A DNA stretch of 63,339 nt, the filler included. It is 3 parts of 3 records of this genome, joined end to end, with 100 filler letters (N's around TTAATTAATTAA, not from the genome) between each part and the next. Parts side by side here need not be neighbours in the genome. Positions count along the whole stretch, not along the records: positions 1 to 31,718 come from SRR2962707_667; positions 31,819 to 49,950 come from SRR2962707_670; 1 more part is not named here. The stretch is one strand, 5' to 3'. Positions 23,965 to 31,916 of the stretch are shown piece by piece (the first letter of the stretch is position 1; the number at the start of each line of letters is the position of its first letter). A program made the position numbers and the translations under genes. The notes under the pieces are model-generated. The model saw nothing but the letters and a program-made list of their open reading frames with translations. It was not told the origin of the DNA and did no database searches.

Positions 23965-25221
23965 TTAGCGAACAGATTTCAGGTCAGACCATCTTGTGGT
24001 GTAGCAAGGTGATCGCGTGCTCGATGTTGTGAACCAGTCCAAACCGTCTGCGTGCGCAACACGGCCGACGGTAACTGTTTCCTTGCCAAATCTCTTGTCG
24101 AGTTGGTCAAGGGCCTCCATGAGCGGGTTTTCGCAAAGGCAGGAAGCCGTAAACAAATCTCTTGGAGCATCCGCAGGCGGACACAAATCCAAAAGCAAAA
24201 TACCTGCCTTTTTTACCGACAATCCGTCTCGCCAGAGTGTGTCCAGTTTCTTCGAGATGGCTGCACCGATGAGCCGTGTATCATTGGTGGCTGGTGTTAA
24301 ATCGATCTCACATCCAAGAGAAAATTGGGGCTGATCTGTGCGGAACCTGTTGCTTAAAATGAAAAGCTCAAGTCCGCAGGCAACCAGATCCTGACGGCGC
24401 AATTTTGAGCATGCCCTGCTCACAAAGCTAAAAACGGCATCTCGAAGCACTTCCCTGTCTGTTATCTCCGTTCCGAAGGATCGTGAGACGCATATCGTTT
24501 TGCGTGGAGCGGGGCTATCATCAAGATCAATGCAGATAACGCCCTTCAATTCACGAACGGTTTTCAGCCCGTCAACAGTCATTATCTTGCGGGCGACCTG
24601 ATCGGGCATATCACGCAGATGCCGGGCCGTCACAATGCCCATGCCCGACAGCTTCCGGGCATATTTACGGCCGACACCCCAAACATCACCAACTTCTGTG
24701 CGCTCAAGCGCAATGTCTATCCATCTCTGGTCATTGAGAACCAGGACCCCGTTAGCTTTACCGGATTTTTTGGCCAGCTTGTTTGCAATCTTCGCCAGGG
24801 TTTTGGTTTTCGATATACCAATGCCCACCGGGATTCCGGTTTCACGCAGTATGCGGGATTTCAGATTGCGCGCCCAGGCAACTGGGTCGAAGCTCATGCC
24901 GGCAAGGTCGATGAATATCTCGTCAATCGAGTATATTTCACTCTCGGCAACCTCGGATGCCACGACCGCCATAACGCGCCGGCTAATGTCGCCATACAAA
25001 GCATAGTTGCTCGACTTTACGATAACGCCGTGTTGTTCGACCAGATCGCGGATCTGGAACAATGGTTGTCCCATCTTGATGCCAAGAGCCTTGGCTTCAT
25101 TGCTCCGTGCAATGGCGCACCCGTTATTGCTGAGAACAATAACCGGCTTATTGTGCAGTGCCGGGTCGAACAACCGCTCGCAGCTCGCGAAGAAGTTATT
25201 GCAATCGACCAGCCCGATCAT
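23965..25221 (-). CDS. umuC: Y-family DNA polymerase V subunit UmuC
   Basis: LVDCNNFFASCER, VLSNNGCAIARSNEAK, YSIDE, SRSFG and C-terminal SPCYTTRWSDL. Confidence 0.95.
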   Translation of the reverse strand: MIGLVDCNNFFASCERLFDPALHNKPVIVLSNNGCAIARSNEAKALGIKMGQPLFQIRDLVEQHGVIVKSSNYALYGDISRRVMAVVASEVAESEIYSIDEIFIDLAGMSFDPVAWARNLKSRILRETGIPVGIGISKTKTLAKIANKLAKKSGKANGVLVLNDQRWIDIALERTEVGDVWGVGRKYARKLSGMGIVTARHLRDMPDQVARKIMTVDGLKTVRELKGVICIDLDDSPAPRKTICVSRSFGTEITDREVLRDAVFSFVSRACSKLRRQDLVACGLELFILSNRFRTDQPQFSLGCEIDLTPATNDTRLIGAAISKKLDTLWRDGLSVKKAGILLLDLCPPADAPRDLFTASCLCENPLMEALDQLDKRFGKETVTVGRVAHADGLDWFTTSSTRSPCYTTRWSDLKSVR

Positions 25222-25568
25222 CTCGATGGCCAGTGCATATTGATGAGGACAACCCCCCAGACCTCCGTGTCCTCCTGGCAGGGAAGTTTGGGGTAAATCG
25301 GATTTTGCGGTTCAAGCCATGCGGTGTCTTTCGACTGGCGCAGACGCTTTACCGTCAGATCGCCGTTGTGGACTGCGACCACCACATGACCGTCTCGCGC
25401 AACAATGGCCCGATCGACAACCAGAAGATCACCATCTCGCATGAGCGGGAACATGCTGTCCCCTTCAAGGCGAAAGAAGAATGTTGCAGATGGATGTTCA
25501 ATGAATTCGTTCAGATCCAGATCTCGATCAACATAATCTTCGGCTGGTGATGGAAACCCTGCGGGTAC
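25218..25568 (-). pseudogene. umuD: UmuD/LexA-family S24 peptidase, apparently 5'-truncated by the transposon end
   Basis: VPAGFPSPAEDY, GDSM (Ser) and TVKRL (Lys). Homology starts abruptly at V (25568); the in-frame sequence upstream consists of transposon-end repeats. Confidence 0.75.
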
Positions 25569-25578
25569 GTATAGAGGA

Positions 25579-25733
25579 TTGCACTTATAATCCGTCAAAC
25601 TTGCACTTATCGCGCTTTTCCGGCTCAAATTAAGTGATTTTATCACCGGTACCCAAATCACATTAACTGCGAATGTGATCAGATTATTTGCCACCAGACC
25701 GCAATCATCACCGTGAAATCACATTATCTGCCA
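25579..25733. repeat. Putative transposase-binding repeats at the element end
   Basis: TTGCACTTAT x2 (25579, 25601); AAATCACATTAACTGC (25655), GATCAGATTATTTGCCA (25677), AAATCACATTATCTGCCA (25716). Confidence 0.7.
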
Positions 25734-25740
25734 CTGAAGA

Positions 25741-26715
25741 TTATATCGGCAATCCGGCCTGTCGCATCATCTGCCCCAGTTCCTGGGTCCGTTCGGAATC
25801 CAGGTGTCCTTTCAGGAACTTGCGCATTTCCGGAAGCCGGGTATCGAATTGCTCCGCCAGTGTCTTGGCATTGTATCCAAGCCGTGCCAGTCGGGCATCC
25901 AGATCGTCATAGCCGATCGCAATTGTTTCTTCGACAATTTCCCGGGTGACAGGCTTGGCGCCAAGCTTGTAGGCTTCGGTGAAAGCGCGTGTCAGATGTT
26001 CGGTAAACTGAAGCGGTGTTGACAGGCGCTCGACCATCAGATCCAGCGCATCGTCCGCAATAATGTCTCCTTGCCTAGTGTTTTTGGTCCGGCACTGCTT
26101 CAGCAGCCAGTCGAGATATTTGCGACTGTCATCGCCAAGCCCCTGAAACATGATCTTGGTGGTTCTATGCCCGATCTCTTCCATTGTCGCCTTGTTCAGA
26201 TCATTCCGCAGGCGGGGATGGCCAACCAGAACGACAGACAGAACCCCGTCCCCTGCCTGGACAATTTCCATCAGACGCTTGAGACCGGTCAGCGTGTTTC
26301 CATGCAGGTCATGAGCTTCGTCGATGAACAGAACGACGGTTTTTCTCATTTTCCTGATGAGGTCCTGAAGTTTGCGTTCCCGCTTTTCGGGTTGTGTCGG
26401 CACTTTGACATCCGCATCACCGGAGACATCGAGAAAGATTGCGGTCAGAAGGGCTGGCAGAACAACACGCGGTTTGTCGATCGACAGGCTGCGGGCCACG
26501 AGAATATCTTTGCTTGCGGACAACTCTGTCTGAAGCCTGTTTAGCATCATGGTTTTTCCGACACCAACTGATCCTGTGATGGCAACCAGCCGACCGGCCA
26601 GAATGGCCGCCCGCAGGTCGGCCATCATCTGGCGGTGCCATTCCGTTTCGAAAAAACCGGCCAGCGCCCAGTCCTTCTCGATGCCATAAAATGCCCTGAC
26701 ATCCGCTGTTAGCAT
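25741..26715 (-). CDS. ExeA/TniB-like AAA+ transposition ATPase
   Basis: Walker A GSVGVGKT, Walker B VLFIDEAH, VVLVGHP; GGAGG RBS; lies downstream of the transposase. Confidence 0.9.
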   Translation of the reverse strand: MLTADVRAFYGIEKDWALAGFFETEWHRQMMADLRAAILAGRLVAITGSVGVGKTMMLNRLQTELSASKDILVARSLSIDKPRVVLPALLTAIFLDVSGDADVKVPTQPEKRERKLQDLIRKMRKTVVLFIDEAHDLHGNTLTGLKRLMEIVQAGDGVLSVVLVGHPRLRNDLNKATMEEIGHRTTKIMFQGLGDDSRKYLDWLLKQCRTKNTRQGDIIADDALDLMVERLSTPLQFTEHLTRAFTEAYKLGAKPVTREIVEETIAIGYDDLDARLARLGYNAKTLAEQFDTRLPEMRKFLKGHLDSERTQELGQMMRQAGLPI

Positions 26716-26727
26716 GACAGCCTCCTG

Positions 26728-28365
26728 CTATGTTTTAGGGTTCTTGCCGAACCGTGTTTTGATCGCCGTAGAAATTTCACGTTTGTTTGTCGTGGTGGTG
26801 ACAAGCTCCTCGATGAATTCAAGGTCTTCGGCACTCAACCGCGCCAGCGGTTTTTCCAACAAATCCGCAATGCCGCGACGCGCATCGAGGGTGCTGGCAT
26901 AACTGAACTGGTGCCACGGGTCCGGATCTTCAAACGTTGCTTCAACGAGGGGGATAATCTCTGCGCTGGAAAACACCTGTTCCGACCCGGCAAAGGCCGA
27001 ACGCGGTACCGATATTCTGGCCGCCAAGTCGGCTACTTTGTCGGCACGCTTCTCGCGGGGCGATTTGGCCTGTTTGCGATAGCGGTGCAAAGGTATCGGT
27101 CCACCGACCGGGCGATACGGGCCATAGCGTTTATTGCCAAACTCGACAAACAGTTCTTGATCGAACAATCCCCACCACAATAAAACTTCTTCACCCGCCA
27201 GATCCGGGTCTACCTCATAATAGGCTCCCTTCAGATGAATGCGGGCGTCCGCTGCAACCGTTCGACGTTCCGGTTCCCGGGCAAAAGCGCAATACCGTTC
27301 CCAGGAACACATTTCGCGCAGGCCCTGCGCGGGCAAGTTTGAACACCAGTCTTCCGTTCGGCTATGGGCTTCATGGCGATGCGGTTTGTCATTGTAGCGG
27401 TTAATAAAGTTCAACAACCAGCTATTGGCTTCGGCCTCTGTTTTGGGACGATGAAAGTGATACAGGGTTTCATGAGCTTCCTTGACGGTCAGGAACGGAC
27501 GTTCAACCTTGCCCTTGGATCGCGCCGTAACCCGTCGACCGTCCGAGCCGCGAGGCATGTGAGTACGCCAATCAACACCAAGATGTCCCATGACGGTCTG
27601 GAACACGATGCTTTTGGCAACTGGTCCATTGTCGAGATACAGTCCTAACGGTCTGCCCTGAAGTGTGGTGCCTTCTTTGGCTGCCATGGCGTTGAACAGG
27701 AACCGCAAGGCAGATTCCGCATCCTCACCATACACACAGCGATATTCCTGATAGGAAACACCACTACGATCATCTACCACGCTATAGAGCATCAGGGTTG
27801 GTGCTCCGCGTCCGGGTTCAATCCATTCCGGCTGGTCAAGTTCCTTAAGGTCGGACGGACTCATGTCGAAATGCCAGAGTTCGTTGGAATATCTGGCCTG
27901 AAACCGAACCGCAGCCGGGCCGCGTATCATCCGGGGATGATCATATCCCCAGTTCCGAAGCCACCGGTTCAGGGTAGATGTCGCCAGCGTTCCTTTAGGG
28001 GCTTGCACATAACCTTCGGGCGTCTCAATACCGTGATCCTCAAGCAACCGGATGGCTTCATTCGTCGACAACTTGTGACCTTTGCCATTCTCAGTTCTGA
28101 TTTTCAGGGCGGCAACGATCTCGCAATATCGCTCCATGTCTAACCGCGACATGACCCTCGGCTCGCCGCTATCAGAACGCTGCATGCCTTTCGGGCGTTG
28201 CAAGTTTCGTAACTGGCGATAGACCGATGATATACTGAGACCATATAATTCGGCTGTTCGTGCAACAGCGCTGGCCCGGCCAGGATCTCGCGCGGGCAGA
28301 GAAGACAATCTGGTCCGAAGCGCCAGAAGTGCCTCGGCCGGTATGCGTGCGGCCCTACCTTTCAT
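26728..28365 (-). CDS. DDE (rve/Mu-type) transposase
   Basis: N-terminal HTH, LWHFDMSPSD, LYLDNGP, KGKVERPF. Start set at ATG 28365 (MKGRAARIP), which overlaps the resolvase 3' end. Confidence 0.9.
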   Translation of the reverse strand: MKGRAARIPAEALLALRTRLSSLPARDPGRASAVARTAELYGLSISSVYRQLRNLQRPKGMQRSDSGEPRVMSRLDMERYCEIVAALKIRTENGKGHKLSTNEAIRLLEDHGIETPEGYVQAPKGTLATSTLNRWLRNWGYDHPRMIRGPAAVRFQARYSNELWHFDMSPSDLKELDQPEWIEPGRGAPTLMLYSVVDDRSGVSYQEYRCVYGEDAESALRFLFNAMAAKEGTTLQGRPLGLYLDNGPVAKSIVFQTVMGHLGVDWRTHMPRGSDGRRVTARSKGKVERPFLTVKEAHETLYHFHRPKTEAEANSWLLNFINRYNDKPHRHEAHSRTEDWCSNLPAQGLREMCSWERYCAFAREPERRTVAADARIHLKGAYYEVDPDLAGEEVLLWWGLFDQELFVEFGNKRYGPYRPVGGPIPLHRYRKQAKSPREKRADKVADLAARISVPRSAFAGSEQVFSSAEIIPLVEATFEDPDPWHQFSYASTLDARRGIADLLEKPLARLSAEDLEFIEELVTTTTNKREISTAIKTRFGKNPKT

Positions 28366-28942
28366 TGTCGGCCTCGCCATCAATGCTATCGGCAAATTCC
28401 GCGACATAGGTATAGACGGTTGCCCGCGACACACCCATCAGATCGCAGATCTCTTTAATACTGTGCTGTCTTGATCGATACAGGTCCACGACGTGTCGAC
28501 GCTTGTCTTTGGTCAGTGCCTTACGGCGACCGCCTTTCCGGCCGCGCGATCTTGCGGCTTCCAAACCGGCTTTCGTTCGCTCCCGGATCAGGTTGCGTTC
28601 GAATTCAGCCAAGGCTGCAAAGATATGAAAGACCAGCTTGCCGCCGCTGGTGGTCGTATCAATCGCTTCGGTAATTGATCGCAGACCGATTTGTCGTTCG
28701 GCCAGCATCTCGGCGTGCGCAATCAATTCCTTCAGGGACCGTCCAAGGCGATCCAGACGCCAGACAACCAGCACATCGCCCTGACGTAATTCTTCGAAGG
28801 TGCGATCAAGCCCGGGACGATCAGTTTTGGCGCCGCTCACCTTGTCCCGAAAAATGCGCTCACAACCGGCTTCCCGCAAAGCATCATTTTGCAGGTCAAG
28901 ATTTTGATCGTCGGTCGAGACACGTGCATAGCCGATACGCAT
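28355..28942 (-). CDS. Serine recombinase/resolvase
   Basis: MRIGYARVSTDDQNLDLQ, VWRLDRLGRS, C-terminal HTH GVSRATVY. Confidence 0.95.
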   Translation of the reverse strand: MRIGYARVSTDDQNLDLQNDALREAGCERIFRDKVSGAKTDRPGLDRTFEELRQGDVLVVWRLDRLGRSLKELIAHAEMLAERQIGLRSITEAIDTTTSGGKLVFHIFAALAEFERNLIRERTKAGLEAARSRGRKGGRRKALTKDKRRHVVDLYRSRQHSIKEICDLMGVSRATVYTYVAEFADSIDGEADNER

Positions 28943-29140
28943 GGCGCACCGTCCGGAAAGCCGTTTTTGAGGAGCAGAATATTACGTTGATTTCAAGACG
29001 CGGTATACAGACAAATTAACAGTTTTCAATCGGAGATTGGCATTCGGGCTTTCACCTGTCTGGAAAACGTTCGTTTCCAAAACGGCGCCCAATCAATGTC
29101 GATATTTTCGACAGGATACATCACTTTGGACAATTCGTAC
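28943..29140. promoter_or_regulatory. Probable res site / resolvase promoter region
   Basis: ~200-bp intergenic region directly upstream of the resolvase, with imperfect dyads such as TGTCTGGAAAACGTTCGTTTCCAAAAC. Position is typical of res. Confidence 0.45.
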
Positions 29141-30124
29141 TCACCCACCACGTGTTGGTCGTGAAGCCATCAGGGTCGGAACAAGCCTTATATAGGCAAG
29201 CTCGGCCAGTAGTTCGACGAGTGTTTGTGTCACGACAACACCAGCAACAAGGCTCCCGTCAAACGGGGCTGCGAGTGCCAGCGGCAATACGACCAGAGAA
29301 TTTCGGGTACCAGTGCTAAACATCACAGCCCGACCAGCATCAGCATCAAGATGTGCGAACCGGGCAATAGCCCAGCCGATAAGTGGCGAAACCACAGCAT
29401 AGACAATATAGATCGCTACAATGCTCAAGACGATGTCTTGCGCCTCCCTGATCCGGGGAAGCTCCGCACCGATAACCAGAAACAATGTCAATGCCATCAG
29501 GGGAACAGGACCCAACGTCATGGAGGCGGTAAACTTTTGGCTGGTTGTATGACGTCTGGCCAAAAGCTCCGTCAACCAGGCTAGGACCAGAGGCACCGCA
29601 ATAAGCCACAGGAACGCTGCGAGGAAAGGACCGGGGCTTAACAGTTCTGCTGTGTTTGGCCCCAAAAAAAGCCAGAGATAAAGCGGGAGCAGCAGGATTT
29701 GCACGATAAGAAGAATGGGCGTGGCGGCAAGTATAAGACGTGCGTTTCCTCGCCCCATATGCGTAAACACAACGACATAGTCGATGCACGGCGTCAGCAG
29801 GACGAGAAGTACGCCAAGTTGCACGGCGGAATGATCCGGCACCATCTGGAACAACAACCAGACGAACACGGGTATGACGAGAAAGTTCGCCAGTAGCAAT
29901 GCCGCAAGAAAGCGCCGGTTGGTCATTGCGCCGCGAAGATCGGCTAGCGGCACTTGCAAAAAGGTCGTGTAAATGAGTGCAGCCAAAACTGGCGTAATGG
30001 CACCTTCGAATGCCACTGACATTTGAGGCGCCGTTATGCCGATAACCACCCCCAGACCAATTGCAACGAAGTAAACAATAATCTGACGCGATTCCAGCCA
30101 ATCACGCATTGCCGTTGCCTTCAC
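29141..30124 (-). CDS. Acr3-like / bile acid:Na+ symporter family transporter ('arsenic resistance protein')
   Basis: ~10 hydrophobic segments; ANFLVIP, LLTPCIDYVVVFT, TRNSLVVLPLALA, TQTLVEL; AAAGGAG RBS. Confidence 0.85.
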   Translation of the reverse strand: MKATAMRDWLESRQIIVYFVAIGLGVVIGITAPQMSVAFEGAITPVLAALIYTTFLQVPLADLRGAMTNRRFLAALLLANFLVIPVFVWLLFQMVPDHSAVQLGVLLVLLTPCIDYVVVFTHMGRGNARLILAATPILLIVQILLLPLYLWLFLGPNTAELLSPGPFLAAFLWLIAVPLVLAWLTELLARRHTTSQKFTASMTLGPVPLMALTLFLVIGAELPRIREAQDIVLSIVAIYIVYAVVSPLIGWAIARFAHLDADAGRAVMFSTGTRNSLVVLPLALAAPFDGSLVAGVVVTQTLVELLAELAYIRLVPTLMASRPTRGG

Positions 30125-30216
30125 CGATCATACTCCTTTATTTAAACCGACAACTTCGTTGCATTCCGGTCGACTTTTTGATTTTTGTTGTAACTAGTCG
30201 ATTACACCACACAACG

Positions 30217-30660
30217 CTATTTGAACATTCCCCGGCAGAGCGCCCAAAGAAAAATCGAAAATAGCAAATGAGGGATAAGTGCCGCGACGATAAGTTTGGA
30301 GCTTACCGCGAGACCAAGGAAACCCCAGCCCACAATGGGGAAAAATGCAACAAGAACAAGAAGCCAGAGCCCCATACCAAGCAACAAGGCGTTCCGAAAT
30401 CGTAAATCGTTTCGAAACAACACAACAAACAAAACAGACCAAAATACCACATAGGCAATGTGGAATATTAGGCCAACCGGCAGCGGAAGTGAACGCCCCA
30501 TAACCGTTTCGGCAAATGCAAGACCAAGCGGCTTGGGCAATGGCGAGATGCCGAATTTTGAGGCAGGCACCATCACCGCAGACAGCAAAATGGCAGTTAC
30601 AATGCCGATACCAATAGCCTTGAACCAATCTCGTAAATCAACTTTGCCGAACTGCATCAT
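30217..30660 (-). CDS. 4-TM membrane protein
   Basis: Four hydrophobic helices with intramembrane His (IFHIAY, IPHLLF); ATGA-coupled to the upstream ORF. Confidence 0.75.
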   Translation of the reverse strand: MMQFGKVDLRDWFKAIGIGIVTAILLSAVMVPASKFGISPLPKPLGLAFAETVMGRSLPLPVGLIFHIAYVVFWSVLFVVLFRNDLRFRNALLLGMGLWLLVLVAFFPIVGWGFLGLAVSSKLIVAALIPHLLFSIFLWALCRGMFK

Positions 30661-30929
30661 TGGCTTTCTCCCTGTTTAACCGAGTGGCAACTTTTGCACC
30701 CGCATGCTTTTTGCATGCGCATGGTATTGCTGCGGCGCATATAAATGTATCCTCCCATACTGATAAGTACGAGCACACCAAGCCCGACCTGCCCAAACAC
30801 GGTAAGTCCAACGTTACTTGCTGCAACAAGTGCAAGCAGTGGCGGAATAACAAGCGGCGCACAACAAACAGCGCAAGCAGAAATTGCGACACCGACGGCG
30901 ATCTTTTTGGAATTATTGGCTTCAACCAT
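30657..30929 (-). CDS. Small Cys-rich membrane protein (MerT/MerF/MerC-like metal binding)
   Basis: ACAVCCAP in the first TM segment, a second TM, and C-terminal CGCKSCH; first gene after the MerR-type promoter. Confidence 0.7.
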   Translation of the reverse strand: MVEANNSKKIAVGVAISACAVCCAPLVIPPLLALVAASNVGLTVFGQVGLGVLVLISMGGYIYMRRSNTMRMQKACGCKSCHSVKQGESQ

Positions 30930-30975
30930 TGCAAATATCCTTCTTCATGACTCTATTTCTCAAAGCACTGGCGAA

Positions 30976-31006
30976 AGCCTAAACCTTCAAGTAACTTGAA
31001 GGGCAA
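30976..31006 (-). promoter_or_regulatory. MerR-family promoter/operator
   Basis: Minus strand TTGCCC, 19 nt, TAGGCT. The perfect dyad CCTTCAAGT-A-ACTTGAAGG (30984-31002) spans the spacer. Confidence 0.9.
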
Positions 31007-31020
31007 CAGGAGATTTTGCC

Positions 31021-31461
31021 ATGAATAGTCGTTCGGGTATGCTGAGTATCGGCACCCTTGCCAAGGCGACCGGAGTTGCTTCGCCGACGATCCGGTATTA
31101 CGAGGACATAGGTCTGTTACCCAAGCCGCGTCGAACTACAAGCGACCAGCGCATCTATGACGAAAGCGACAAAGAGCGTCTGATCTTTATCAGGCGATGC
31201 CGAGACTTCGGCTTTTCCATCAACCAGGTTCGGCTTTTGGCGGGTTTGTCGATTAGCCCCGATCAGAATTGCAGAGAAGTTCGGGACATTGCTCACGCAC
31301 ACCTAACAGATGTCCGCGCAAAACTTAAAGAACTTCGTGCGCTGGAGAAGAGCCTGACTGGGTTTGTCGAACAGTGTGATGCGGCCTGTTCAGGTGGCCC
31401 TGGTCGGGAATGTCTGGTGTTTAAAGACATTGCGAAACCCGAGAACAATAAATGCTGTTGA
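31021..31461 (+). CDS. MerR-family metal-responsive regulator (CadR/PbrR/ZntR-like cysteine pattern)
   Basis: SIGTLAKATGVASPTIRYYEDIGLL, RRCRDFGFSI, NCREV, CDAACSGGPGREC, terminal CC; AGGAG RBS. Confidence 0.93.
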   Translation: MNSRSGMLSIGTLAKATGVASPTIRYYEDIGLLPKPRRTTSDQRIYDESDKERLIFIRRCRDFGFSINQVRLLAGLSISPDQNCREVRDIAHAHLTDVRAKLKELRALEKSLTGFVEQCDAACSGGPGRECLVFKDIAKPENNKCC

Positions 31462-31561
31462 TTATCGACTTATCGTTCCCGTCCAGCTTCGGGAGCAAAA
31501 GATTCTCGGGCTCCGAAGAGATGAGCCGTTCGCAAGGCAGGATTCTCATATCTTGATCAGA

Positions 31562-31717
<156 letters not shown>

Positions 31718-31718
31718 G

Positions 31719-31818
31719 NNNNNNNNNNNNNNNNNNNNNNNNNNNNNNNNNNNNNNNNNNNNTTAATTAATTAANNNNNNNNNNNNNNNNNNNNNNNNNN
31801 NNNNNNNNNNNNNNNNNN
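31719..31818. other. Artificial contig spacer
   Basis: 44 N + TTAATTAATTAA (stops in all six frames) + 44 N. Confidence 0.98.
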
Positions 31819-31916
31819 CCCCCCCCCCCCCCCCCCCAATCCCCCCCCTTTTTTTGCCTCGATGGTTGTTTCATGTGAGTTACGCGCCGTTGCTGGGGTG
31901 CTTATGATTTTGCCAG

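Noticed and set aside
24619-25296. 225-aa + strand ORF
   Set aside because: Antisense shadow of umuC/umuD.
25569-25694. Native UmuD N-terminus (MANNLITF...)
   Set aside because: It is encoded by transposon-end repeats and is not UmuD-like; treated as a fortuitous open frame.
25579-25733. Short direct repeats as a CRISPR array or iterons
   Set aside because: Repeats are 10-18 bp, of two types and irregularly spaced; there are no cas or rep genes, and they lie next to a transposase module. No CRISPR array was seen anywhere in the window.
29346-30628. Alternative-frame minus-strand ORFs 29346-30101 and 30194-30628
   Set aside because: They overlap well-supported membrane-protein genes, have shadow-like composition and lack coupling signals.
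31719-31818. Bacteria-to-eukaryote horizontal transfer junction, or a biological TTAATTAATTAA palindrome
   Set aside because: An identical N-padded synthetic spacer occurs twice; it is an assembly concatenation artefact.
31819-31855. Poly-C/poly-T tract as a functional element
   Set aside because: Homopolymer at a contig edge, likely low-quality sequence.
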